DNA of 61,215 bases, counting the filler, from Perkinsus olseni (Eukaryota), in the NCBI GenBank assembly GCA_013115125.1. It is 10 parts of 10 records of this genome, joined end to end, with 100 filler letters (N's around TTAATTAATTAA, not from the genome) between each part and the next. Parts side by side here need not be neighbours in the genome. Positions count along the whole stretch, not along the records: positions 24,617 to 30,660 come from JABANN010001137.1; positions 30,761 to 36,784 come from JABANN010001138.1; positions 36,885 to 42,907 come from JABANN010001139.1; 7 more parts are not named here. One strand, written 5' to 3'. The position numbers and the translations under genes are program-made. The notes under the pieces were generated by a model. That model had not been told where the DNA came from. It ran no database searches and saw only the letters and a program-made list of their open reading frames with translations. Position 1 is the stretch's first letter. The number at the start of each line of letters is the position of its first letter. Positions 27,248-39,254 of this stretch are shown here, piece by piece.

Positions 27248-29800
27248 GAATTGACGAACAACTGAAAATGCATCTGTAGCTCCATCTGTAGCTCGTCAAA
27301 GGGCTCCTGGATCGTCGAGGTCGAGAGGCAAGCGGCGTTGAGATGTACCGCTGTTGAAGAAACCGTGTAGTAGGTCGCAACTATAACCGATGCAGGTTAG
27401 AATGAATGGCTACAGTAATACCCTACCAGTTGAAAGTAGACTGTTCAACGAGACATGCTTACTCGCCAACTCGTCGAGTAATGTATACACTCCGAGACCT
27501 CCCGACCTCTCTCATATGTTAATGCCTAGAGGCGAGCCTTGTCAGCTACCACACAATTTTTTCAGACCCTCTCACGTCAGAAAGACCGTTGATCTACTGA
27601 CGCAAATTGGAATGCTTTTTCGGTGTAGGAGACACAACACAGAGAAGCTGTGTTATCGAGGTGGGCGATGCGACGCTTTAGCAAGGAACGGGGGATCTCT
27701 GAATCTCGATGGTAGGGCGATGGGACAGTCGGCGAGACTATGGCTAAGATTGAGGACGAATATCGTCGGCGACGGTTCGCCGCATTCTTGAGGCTAGACG
27801 GAAAGGAGAATCCGATCAGCCTCGAGCGACATTGCTTCTCGTCGTCTTGAATAACTGCTGTGTCGCAAATTTCCTTACGGTGATATACTTATTTTTCCGG
27901 GTAAGTGCTTCTTGACTCAAGAATCTTGAGTCATCTCGCGATGACTCAAGAAGAAAAAAATAACGAGTTTGACGATGAAATTTCACCGCGAAATTTCGGA
28001 GCTCGTGCCCTCCGCCGCAGGGCCTGCGGGCACATGCTGGGTCTCCCTATAAGACGACTCAACAGAAGGATTGACGCGTCACACGAGCAGTCCGTGTTCG
28101 ATTCTACTCGGCTCCCAAATCGCCGGACTGGCGCTTCAGCACTCTTGATACGCGCCCCCGATATCAGGACCGGGTAGGGGTATGCGGCAAGGCCAAAATG
28201 TGGCTGTTCGAAGCCGAGGGGTCTGGAGGTGTCGCCTCCGAGGCGATCCTTGCGGCCAATAATTGGGAATCGTCCCATCGAACGGATGCGGGGGATGGGA
28301 AATGCCCGCTAAGCGAAGAGGGCCCTCTCAGAGGGAAGTGGAGAAAGTGAGTAGGGTGTAAGGCTTACACCCTTTCTCACTGCGAGCCGCGTTTGAGTCA
28401 GGTGATGGTAACAGAAAACGCCGTTTTCGAAACGGTTACATCGACAACAGAGCAAGAGCAAACTTTGCCCTCTGCTAGTTGCTGTTCGATCGATGTAGTA
28501 CATCGGATGTACTTAATGGGAGCTGCGATTATATAATAGCACGCCATCTCATTTAGAATCGCCAGCCTGGTGACACCCGGCCCTCTACACACGGGCAGTG
28601 TGATCGTATGCAAGCGCTCGAGTGTCCAATTCTACAATACGACTAAGTTTTATCATTTTCGCGCTAGAAACCACCGAGCGTTATTCTTCTCGGTAACGAA
28701 TTGCGATGGTGCCTGATCGAATCACACGAACACACTAGCGTACGTCCCGTTCCCTCGTCTGCCTCGCATAAAACGAGTCGTAGCGGAATGCTCTACGCGA
28801 GCGGTTCAAAAGCTTGTCCATAGGACCGCGCGTGCTCGGCGCATCCAGTCGCGCACTGCGCGACGCGCAGTGATGATCTAGAACCCGGGTACTCCGGATG
28901 TTACCACTGGATCTTGCCCATTGGAACAGAAAGCATCTACAATGAGAATATGACTAGTTCAACTTGTTTCCAAACGTGGTAAGGCACTAGTTCTTTCTGA
29001 GGCGCCTGGCGCCTTCTTGGCCCCCGAGACTTGGTGTATCCTGATGCCTGTCCTTGAAAGTACGTCGGCATTACACCTGCACTATAACTCAGTACAGTGT
29101 GGCTATTTGAGACGGGGCTCAAAGAGAGGTAAAGCCAGACTCGAGAGGAGTTCGGAAAACTGATCTAGTTGTTGGATTTATGGTGAACGTATGTTCCATA
29201 GCATGACGAGGAACGCACATGTTTGCTGGGACGAACGTACGTATAACCAGCAAAGGCGCCCAAAGAGCAAGGTGGGTACGTAGCAGCAATGAAGGTAGTT
29301 ATCACTACAGTGCACACCAAGGTGTTTCCATAACAATCCCACAAGTTTACCCTGCAGGCCAGAACTCCGTGGTCGCGCGACTCGTGCCATTGCGTTCTAG
29401 AATAGGTGTTCTTTCCCCCAAAGCACGAATGTTCACCATTTCGGGGAGTCACTCTTTCCAGGGGGCCCGCAATCGTGTCCCACAAAGTCGGCTCACAACT
29501 CCTAACTAAGCTCGTTTACTACTCAACCTTTGACTGCAGAGATCAATGCCACGTAGAAGGTAACTCACAGCGGTAGCAAAAGAGTAACACCGGCACGAGA
29601 GCCTCTCAAATCTCAGGATCACGCTCATCCCCAAAAATAAAACGGCTGGAGGTCAGGAGTAGAACAACTTGAGGCGAGTCCCGCTGCTGTGCGGCGCACA
29701 GTGTGCGCTGTCCCCATTGAAATAGCTGTTCGTCGCACCAGCCCCTGCTGAACAAAGGCGGTGATTCGAGGGACACGCTGCAGTTCATTGTAGCGTCTCA

Positions 29801-30160
29801 ATGGCTTCCCTTGGAATGAGGATCCTCATCATCATTGGTGTCTCCGTCGCAGCTCTAGCTGGCGAACTCGAAGCCAGCGGTGCGAATAGATCGAATTCCT
29901 CTATCATGCAGGATGACGTTCACGAGGACTTTTCCGAGTCCGCTGCCGAGGCCGATATGAATGCTCTGTATGGTTGGCAAAAAGAGTTGGCGAAGGACAA
30001 AAACCTTTGCGGTGCTTGTCAAGCCTGCTGGCTCTACCTATTCGGCGGGGGCCCTATCTGTTGGGGTATCATGGCTGCATGCGGGGGTGCTTGTGACTGC
30101 TGCAACAACAACTTTGCCTACTACAACAGCTTCGTACCAACAGAGTTATCTCAATTTTAG
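29801..30160 (+). CDS. Small secreted Cys-rich prepropeptide (119 aa)
   Basis: Hydrophobic signal peptide, acidic pro-region, and a C-terminal domain with 8 Cys. Confidence 0.7.
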   Translation: MASLGMRILIIIGVSVAALAGELEASGANRSNSSIMQDDVHEDFSESAAEADMNALYGWQKELAKDKNLCGACQACWLYLFGGGPICWGIMAACGGACDCCNNNFAYYNSFVPTELSQF

Positions 30161-30760
30161 CGATTTGCATATCAAAATGGCACACACTGTAGACAATGTT
30201 GTGTGACGAATCTGAGCGCTCGTGATAGGTCTGTGGTGGTCCTTGAGTATTTCACCGAGTCGACCATACTAGCTCCGGTCGAAAACCTCCGGTCAAGAAC
30301 CTCCCCTCAACCGTGTGAATACCTGCTTGCGCCTTTCTTACCCCTTCGTTTATTTCACCCTCAAACTTGCGGAGGTTGGACGCCGAGTGGTTGAGGGACT
30401 TTTGATCTAGAAAAACAATTATAGAATTGCCAAACATGTTTTGCCATGTGGTCTATGGGACTCATCATTTCTGTGTACCTTGTGATACCTACGTGGTGCA
30501 CGTAGCGTACATCCGGGTTTCCCAACGTTTAGCCATCATACGAAATTTGCTCGTACCCATTACTTATCCTCAAATGAAGACTACAGTTCAACGCCTATTA
30601 CATTAACTCAAGAAGCATGGCGGATTGGGTTGATTGGCAGAGTTGCATCGACCTGCGATGNNNNNNNNNNNNNNNNNNNNNNNNNNNNNNNNNNNNNNNN
30701 NNNNTTAATTAATTAANNNNNNNNNNNNNNNNNNNNNNNNNNNNNNNNNNNNNNNNNNNN

Positions 30761-30761
30761 G

Positions 30762-30826
<65 letters not shown>

Positions 30827-30992
30827 GCTGCTCGTAGTCATGATGTCGTTGTTGTTGTTGCTGCTGCTCGTAGTCATGATGTTGTTGTTGTTGCTGCTGC
30901 TCGTACTCATGATGATGTTGTTGTTGTTGCTGCTCGTACTCATGTTGTTGTTGTTGTTGTTGCTGCTCGTACTCATGATGTTGTTGTTGTTG
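30761..30992. repeat. (GTT)n compound microsatellite
   Basis: Direct run with recurring GCTGCTCGTA-type interruptions. Confidence 0.95.
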
Positions 30993-31400
30993 TAGACATC
31001 AGAAGTGGCACCTACACTACGTGCATTAGAGAGAGTACAGAAGAAGGAGGGCAACTCGTAAGGGGTCTACCACAGCCACTATCAAGGAGGTGTAAGGCTA
31101 GTCCATCATCAGATACATGTTACTTACTGGTGCTACTACTGCTACTGCTCCTGGTGGTGGCTCTGCTCCTTCTAGAGGATAAGGACGACGAGGACGAGGA
31201 CGAGGACGAGCAGGAGTCGTTAGATTACGTTATACTTGTCGTTTAAGGGGAATAATGATGATAATGGTGGTAGTAGAGGCATTATCGGCTTTCCCATTAC
31301 CCTCATCAGTTTGTGGTGTTGTCAATGAGTGATGCTTAACATCATCACAACAGTTTGCTAGTTTATTAGCATTAATATCGACAGCATCATCCTCATTAAG

Positions 31401-33833
31401 ATGAAGATGATGATGAATCCATGTGCCAGAGCAATTCCTACTCTCCTGTTCACCTGTGGTGGAGTATGCGGTACTCTTGCCCTTATACTCATAGTATTCG
31501 GCATACTCGTAAGAACGCTATTCTACCCGACCCTCATCGATGGTATTGATAAGATGAGATACATAGATAACACTAAGGAGGTGGAGGGCGAGTGCTCCAA
31601 CTTGCTGATTGGAGATCTAACCTGTCCTGGATTGGCCTATCAAGCTTGGCTCATGGGCTCTGCCGCTGCTCGGCAGGTGTGCCTATCGGATACTAAACCC
31701 GATACTAAGGCTATCGAGATATGGACTGGTTGGTGTGATGAGGATGACGAAGGGGAGGGGCGATGCGTTAAACCTGATATGTGCCGTTATGGTCTACCAT
31801 ACACGTTCTACCCTTACACCGTGACCAATCCCAAAGAGATACTACTAGAGGGTAAGAAGCCTATGATCGAGGAGCTAGAACCCATCCTCCTAGCTAGTAC
31901 TCATGAGAATATACAAGACTTGACTGATGTTGAACTATGGGATACAGAAGGTATAGCGAGATGGGAAGAGGTCAACACCTTCGTACCGGCTAATGGTGAT
32001 GATACTTATGTTGATGATAGAATGTCACAGAGGATTATCGTACCCAACATTGCATTACTCGGGACAATGTTATTCGAAGGCCAGGAGGCCACCCCTCTGG
32101 GTACGCTTGAGGTACTCGGGGTTTTAGGTGTTATACAGAGTGTGGCACGAACATTGACGGCTAGTATTGATACAGCACCAGTAACACTGAAGACACCCAT
32201 ACTTGGGCAGTTTACAACCTCTGAGAATGCTGCTAAAATGCAATACTTCCACTCCTCCCTTTCGCTATTGCTTGGCCCATCAGCAGGCCTCAGTGGTGAG
32301 CTCTCTCTGAAGGCCCTTGGTCCCTTGTTTACATCTTCTCTACCCAATGGTGATGTCTTGGCAGCTTCACTACCACCCACTGAGATGGGTAGTGAGTTCT
32401 TCGCCTACACCTTTGGTTGTGTAGCTCTACACCATCGTCAGACTGCCAGTTGCATTTATGATGAGAATATAGAAGAGCATCGCAGTAGGAAGGATGCCAT
32501 AGATACTACATTCTCACCAGATTCCCAAGAACGTATCTGGAGGTTTATTTATGACACAGACTTCAACCAACAAACCCAAGCAACCATCAGCTTGTTCATA
32601 CTACAATCTCAGCTCACAGCGTCCGAATATGCTGCCTTCATCACTCACATTGTGTATGCGGGGTCTTATGCTTTATTCAATTACGATCCTCTACGTTATG
32701 CTATCTGGCCTGTTACTGATCCTAACAGCCCAGACTACGATTCGGATTATGATTACTACCCTAGATTCATCAACATGACCATTGCTCAGCTTCTAGGGTA
32801 TAAAGGGGAGTATTTCTTTGATAAGGCGACTTCAACTCCGATAACACTGGGTAGTGCTGGTAGTAGTAGAACGGCTCATAGCGAACAATATGTGTCCAAT
32901 AAGTACGGTAGGAAGGGTCTATTCTATTATCGTATGTATGATGGTGTACCCCATGCATGTACGTTCGATAAGGACTGTATGAGTCAAGACAGTTTCATCA
33001 CTAATGGGACGTGTGAAGCAGGGAGGTATGGTTGTGACCCAACCCTGGCCGACGGTTATGATATCCGCTACATACCTGGTACACTGAATGGTAAAGAAGA
33101 TGATGCCTACCATAAAGAAGGGGCTGAGGTTACCCTATTCGTAACAGATGTCTTTAATCGTGTTACCTTCGAGAACACGATTATTGACATGGATTGGGAT
33201 GGTCTTAAAGTTGATCGTTGGCGTCTACGTGACGTGACCTTTAGAGTTGAGAATTGCTACGGCGAGAATCCCGTGTACAGTGCGGGTATCGATTGTAAGT
33301 CGCCTTATGTCACAGCTGATCTTGGATATCATTTCTCGCCCGACCCTACCCTAATCAAGTTACCAATATATGCATCGCTCCCACACTTCGCTGATACAGG
33401 CAAGATGACCTCTATCGACGATAATTATTATCCGGGTGATGGTAGAATTGAAGTTAAGAAGTGTACCATCCATGAGACGTGTCAAGGCGAACGTGACTTC
33501 ATCAGTGAAATATGGACTGAGCCCATCACTGGTACGTTGATGTACGGTACACAGAAGCTCCAGTTCAACTCCCACTTCACACCGCTGGCCAATACATCGG
33601 ATGGTAAACTCTCGCAAGAAGCTCTCCTCCCTCTCTTCTGGGTTGATAAGCATGCCGAGGCTTGGCCTTTTCAAGTTGATGCCGCTAAAGCAATTCAGAG
33701 ATCTGTTGCTCTGTTCAGTAGCCTAGGTATTATTCTGATCGTTATGGGGGCATTATTGGGTATTCTGGCGGGTTCAATGATAAGAGCTGGTCGTCAGAGA
33801 AGGCTTGTTGGCCCACAAGTAAAACCAGTATAA
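31401..33833 (+). CDS. CD36/SR-B/LIMP-2 family scavenger-receptor-like protein, 810 aa, intronless
   Basis: N- and C-terminal TM helices; family-like motifs YTVTNPKEIL.EGKKP.IEE, PIYASLPHF, EPITG...QKLQFN and LPLFWV. Confidence 0.8.
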   Translation: MKMMMNPCARAIPTLLFTCGGVCGTLALILIVFGILVRTLFYPTLIDGIDKMRYIDNTKEVEGECSNLLIGDLTCPGLAYQAWLMGSAAARQVCLSDTKPDTKAIEIWTGWCDEDDEGEGRCVKPDMCRYGLPYTFYPYTVTNPKEILLEGKKPMIEELEPILLASTHENIQDLTDVELWDTEGIARWEEVNTFVPANGDDTYVDDRMSQRIIVPNIALLGTMLFEGQEATPLGTLEVLGVLGVIQSVARTLTASIDTAPVTLKTPILGQFTTSENAAKMQYFHSSLSLLLGPSAGLSGELSLKALGPLFTSSLPNGDVLAASLPPTEMGSEFFAYTFGCVALHHRQTASCIYDENIEEHRSRKDAIDTTFSPDSQERIWRFIYDTDFNQQTQATISLFILQSQLTASEYAAFITHIVYAGSYALFNYDPLRYAIWPVTDPNSPDYDSDYDYYPRFINMTIAQLLGYKGEYFFDKATSTPITLGSAGSSRTAHSEQYVSNKYGRKGLFYYRMYDGVPHACTFDKDCMSQDSFITNGTCEAGRYGCDPTLADGYDIRYIPGTLNGKEDDAYHKEGAEVTLFVTDVFNRVTFENTIIDMDWDGLKVDRWRLRDVTFRVENCYGENPVYSAGIDCKSPYVTADLGYHFSPDPTLIKLPIYASLPHFADTGKMTSIDDNYYPGDGRIEVKKCTIHETCQGERDFISEIWTEPITGTLMYGTQKLQFNSHFTPLANTSDGKLSQEALLPLFWVDKHAEAWPFQVDAAKAIQRSVALFSSLGIILIVMGALLGILAGSMIRAGRQRRLVGPQVKPV

Positions 33834-34967
33834 AGAGATATCGTTGTTGATTCATACCATCATGCATGTGTGCTATGAACGACTGTTGTTGAATGATCCG
33901 AGTGTTGATCTTACCAGTGAGGGGGAATGCAAGAGTGTACTATCACGTTGGGAACCGTTTGCCGAATGCATCACTCAGACTCTGTGTCGAATAAGCGGTA
34001 TCGAACGAAGTTAGCCCTTCTCGTACCGTGGAACCGATCCACAAGCTATGAATGGGAAAGCACGTGTCCTTGGAGGTACAGTTCGAGCCGGAGTCGTTAT
34101 CTCGTTCCCCAGATTGTGTGTGGCACACAAATCTGTCGGTCTCAGCTAGCCGCAAGTGTCTGCCCTCCGCAGGACTCTAGTGCGCGGTCTGACCATTAGC
34201 TCTACGTTAGGTATGACGCTCAGACCAGTTACTGTTGCGAGTGCGCCCGACACACCGAAACCACACCGACTGGTAGTCGGTCGGCAGTCGGGGACTGCTG
34301 TGGTTTCCAAGAGCCTCGTCATCAAAGCTGGGTTGTCATGAGTTGTTGCCTCACCACTGATGCTCTGGTCAGGTGACGGGTTCCACTCCCCTGAGGCTTT
34401 CTGCTTCGCTCCCCGTTTCACACCAGTACTCCTCAATCTCGAACTCGGAAGTCTCGGCCGAGGTTCCCTGCATAACGAATGGGGAGAGGGGCCGTAAAAA
34501 GACCTTCAAGGTTCGAATTCACGACTCTCTTGCGTCTAACAAGTTTGTTGGGGATTCACGTGAAGTGTATCCGGGCCGCATCCACGCTCTCGCAATATTG
34601 ACGATCACACTGAGTTCGCCGGGCGCTGCATGCTTCGATGGTGAGCTGCAGATGTTCGCCAACGTCGGAGGCGGGGATACGACAATCCTGCAAGCACTTG
34701 CGATTGTGGGACAGCATTATACTCAGTATAAGGAGTGAAACCACAACTCCATAGGCTATGGCTACGAGTCTTGGTCCCTGACTCATCGACCCATTTTAGT
34801 CAGTCACCGAAACATAGTCTCGTATTATGAAAATACGAGTCGTTATCCAGCATGATAAAGAGATCAGTGCTCTCGTTGTTTCAGCTAGATACCTGGGCTT
34901 CGTGACCCACGAGTCATGAGCTCTTCTACAGATTGTCGGGGCGAAATTGTTATCGAGGTTTGACGAA

Positions 34968-35049
34968 CGACAGCGGCAGGATTCGAACCTGCGCAGGCAG
35001 AGCCTAGTGGATTTCGAGTCCACCTCCTTAACCACTCGGACACGCTGTC
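34968..35049 (-). tRNA. tRNA-Ser(CGA)
   Basis: GACAGCGTGTCCGAGTGGTTAAGGAGGTGGACTCGAAATCCACTAGGCTCTGCCTGCGCAGGTTCGAATCCTGCCGCTGTCG forms a full cloverleaf with long variable arm and CGA anticodon. Confidence 0.97.
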
Positions 35050-36967
35050 TCCGGTCTAAGATGTGATCAACGGGAGCGAGTGAATTTCATCATACACAGA
35101 TTCTCGTCGTCCAATTCAGCGTGGGAAGAGGTGAGCCGGTCACGGGTTCACGCTTGCAAACCGTCACGTGCAGCTGCTATTCCCACCCTATTGTCACAAC
35201 GCGACAATAATAAAGATGAAAAAAGATAATCGCAGACGAGCGACCTGCACGACAGGCAAAGTGCTACACAACTGCTCTCATGCCTCCGACCAGACCACCC
35301 AACTCCTCTCGTCTCGCTCCCCCAAACTACTGGAGATCACAGTCCACACAAATACTGGGCGCACCTCCAAGCACTCCGCCGTAACGGCGGCGCCGTCGCT
35401 TCGTGCCCTTCAAGTCAAAACGCGGGGCTTGTAACATCGCACTCGAGATTAACGAACCTCAAAGTTGCGACCACTTTGAAGAGGTACTCGAGTACATCTT
35501 AGTACCACTCAACTCATTACATAACATTTGTGAGCGACTCATTTACTGTAAATGATTTACATTCAGGCGTAGCTGAGTAGCAGCGTGGCTCGTTACTTTG
35601 AGATAGATTTTTACGAAATCTTTCCGTCGAGTAGCTCTCGACTCGATGAGCTGAGCTGGCGTAACGGTCAGCCGCGACTTCAGTTACCTGACTATCCAGG
35701 TTCTAATCTCAGGCTATGCAATACAGTATTTAGTCGTGCGTATGCCGTGACTCGGATCTCTGTAGCCGACCGGCCGCATTACCACTAACCACGTTTAGGT
35801 ACCGGTTACGAAGTAGGCGCGTTTACTTTAGAGACGGAGACAATACCACAATCAGGTTCGCGAATCTCTTGTGAGGTCTGGGGAGGCTAGTTGCAGGAGT
35901 GCTTCAAGAGCTACACTGTCTATAAAGTTCAGTAGCTTGTGCGTTGTTGTTGATTTCCCGCCCACACCTGTGTTGGAGGCTCTGGGACGGTTTGACGTCG
36001 CCCAGGTCTCACGGGCTCATCGTGCCCCAGCAAACTTCGCATGTCTGCTGTTATGAGTTGCAGCATTGGCAGGATACTGGTTAGATCATAGTATGCCTGC
36101 TCTGAAGCTTGCTATGGTCTACGATGACACCGCCTGCTGATTACCTCGAGTACGTCGGAGTCTCACAAACTAACCTCAGGTGTGGACTCCACACCATTGT
36201 ATGACCAGACTGCGTTATCAGTGGCGGCACCGTGAGAACAAGGAGACAGAAACAGACCGGCTTGCTCCTCAACTCCAGACGCACCAGGGACTTAAAGTAG
36301 ACATCTTGAGGGTATCTACTTGAGTTGTGCTGCGGTCGACCAGAACTACATCATGCGCCATGATGCATACTTGTGTTATACCAACGATCTGAGTGACCGC
36401 CCGTGTTTTATCAGCAGGACGCGCCTATCTTGTGAGTGCCAGATCCTTCGAATCCAAATCTCGCGAAGAATTGAATCCACTATAACTGAACAACGCAAGA
36501 CATCCGAAGTGTATCAAACTCGATGATGACTGACAACAAAGTGAAACGACTAGAGCTAAAAGGAGTGAAACGTGAGAGAACAACAAACGGGGAATAACAG
36601 ATGATTACAACGGCGAGTAGCCATGACCAAGAGGACCGTCAACTTCCTGGTAGAATCCCCATAACGGCGATCATTGCTGCCCCTTCTCGTGTAAGTCATA
36701 ATACACACCTCTCTTAGAGATGAGCTCATCATGCGTACCATTCTCAACAACCCGGCCTTCAGATATGACGATGATTTTGTCTGCNNNNNNNNNNNNNNNN
36801 NNNNNNNNNNNNNNNNNNNNNNNNNNNNTTAATTAATTAANNNNNNNNNNNNNNNNNNNNNNNNNNNNNNNNNNNNNNNNNNNNCCACCACCGAGTGAGT
36901 ACCACGTTGAGTGGCAGCCTTCCCTCTGATGCTGCTCTGCACTGCCATACCGCCCTTCTCTCTTCAG

Positions 36968-38638
36968 TGCACTATTCCTAGTATGGATGATCAGCAGGCC
37001 GTCCCGAATATCGTGGCGCGCGCCAAAGTCGTTATCTCAGCTGCTGGCCCATTCATAAAGATTGGTGAGTCAGTCGTAGAGTGCGGCCTTATCGGACTCG
37101 TTGGGGCTACTGCGAAAACTACCCCTCGCGGGACGGCGCGAGGGGGCGGTTGATCTGTATCCACTTCGCATCCACAACTCTATCCTCTGGATTGCTCAAA
37201 GCCCCCATGCGTGGTTGTAGGCGAGCAAGAACTCTACAGCATCTCCGTGTCGATGAATGTCATTGGAAATTGTGGTGCTGCTACAGTAGTGCTGCGAGTT
37301 AATGATCGCGTTGGTGATCGTCCTTCTCATTCCCGCCATCGACGATGCCGATAATCCATCGGAGCGGCGCGGTTCTGTTTATAGCGTAGGGTCGGTGGCC
37401 CTGGTGCCTCCGCGAACTACCGCACTCAAGCATACTCATAAGACTGCATCACGGCATCTTAGGTGGCATCTCAGGTTGATGCATGCAATGGAGGAATAGG
37501 GTTGAAAAGATACTATCCTCGTTTAGCATGCTCTACGGGTCGTAGACCACGGCTACGACGGCAGTGAGCTCACTTCCCCTCAGGAACGCCTCTCGTTCGT
37601 GCCTGTATCGCCTGCGGCACCCACTACTGCGATACCACTGGAGAGACGCCGTGGGTGGCTCGAGATCTCCTCCCTTTGCACGAAGCCGCAAAAAATAACA
37701 AAACTTTCATCGTCAATTTCTGCGGTTTCGACTCCCAACCGGCAGACCTTCTCGTCGGCCAAGCCCAGAATATCTTGAAGTCTCCATTGGCGAGGGCGGA
37801 GGCATTCGTGTCGATGCAGGGCACAGCCAGTGGCGGTACGGTCCAATCTGGACTCGAAATGGCAGGGTTTCCCGAGGCTGCTGATCCCTACTGTCTCGGC
37901 GGAGGGCCGACGCCGGGCTCGCCAACCGAGGTTGACGCCCATCCGGTCGCCCGCAGTGAGACACTTGACTGCTGGCTGGCTCCCTTCACTATGGCATTCA
38001 TCAATACTCGAGTTGTAAGACGTACGGCGAGTTTGAAGGGACAGCGCTTCCCCTATGGAGAGGCTTTGTGCGTTTCTGATGAAGAAACTGCAAAAAAGCA
38101 CGCCTCTGTTCCTAGCGCGAAGGTTCGTCAAGCACTGGTGGAGGAAGGAAAGCTGCCCCGGCCAGGCCAAGGCCCCGATCCTCTCTCACGTACCCGCTCA
38201 TGGTTCAAGTACGTCGTCCACGCGGTTGGTGAGTCTGGCGAGAGTCTTTGGCTGCAGCTAAGCGGCGGCGATCCTGGTTACGACGAGACGGCTTTGATGA
38301 TATCGGAGGCAGCTGTTGCACTTCTACAAGGGGAAGGTGTCGACGGCCATTGGGGTGTCGTCACACCAGGGTACGCGTTCGATGCCGANNNNNNNNNNNN
38401 NNNNNNNNNNNNNNNNNNNNNNNNNNNNNNNNNNNNNNNNNNNNNNNNNNNNNNNNNNNNNNNNNNNNNNNNNNNNNNNNNNNNNNNGATGCTCAAACGC
38501 CACAGTCGAGCTGGCCTGATCTACAAACGCCTTCCCGGCGCCCCAGAAGGAGGAACGATCTTAAGCAAACCGGCAGGGAATGAAGTACAGGGGAAGTGGC
38601 GCCAAGCCGTCGCTGATATGAGTTCCGTGGGAGGTTGA
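36968..38638 (+). CDS. Saccharopine dehydrogenase-like oxidoreductase, paralog 1 (5'-truncated)
   Basis: VVISAAGPF, HYCDTTGE, CGFDSQPADL, GGDPGYDETA and GVVTPG motifs. Confidence 0.88.
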
Positions 38639-39254
38639 GGATTCTTCGTAGTCCGCACAGAGCCCTTAGGCGTGCGGGAAGCACCTCTATTATAAGTAGG
38701 CGATTCAATAAAGTATTAGCTGATCTTATGACAGATTCAAAGAGTTTTTGGACTTCTTCGACACCAAGAAGGCGTCGAGTTCTGCCGTCGGGGGCACCCG
38801 TCAAATCCAGGGACACTAGCTCAGTTGATGAACGCAATCACTGTCAACGTTGCGTTGCTCGTGATGGTGGACTCAGCGGCTCCGTGACGATACCGCCGTC
38901 GGTGCTGATACCTGTCGAGGGAGCTCCTGCATTTGCCACAACCCCGCGAGCTGTCGGAAGCAGTTGTGGAAGAGGCAGTGAAAGCTCTCGGAGGCCATGG
39001 AGAACAGACCCGGTTTTTTATCGGATGAAATCGCTGCAATGCAGAAACAATGGTTTCTTCCCTTTCCTGTTCACTTGCTGTATTCTAAAAGCGCAGTTGC
39101 GGAAATTTCCTGGCCGATTGAGAAACAACACTTCACCTAGCTTGGAGACATTGCACAAAATTCGGGACATTATGGCGGATACGTTTCCGAATGCTCACAG
39201 GGGTCGCTCAGCTCAGTCGAACTACCGCTTGCCAGTGGTCCTTTCGGTATGCCA

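Noticed and set aside
28870-28930. tRNA-like sequence on the minus strand
   Set aside because: Too degenerate: no cloverleaf and a broken B-box.
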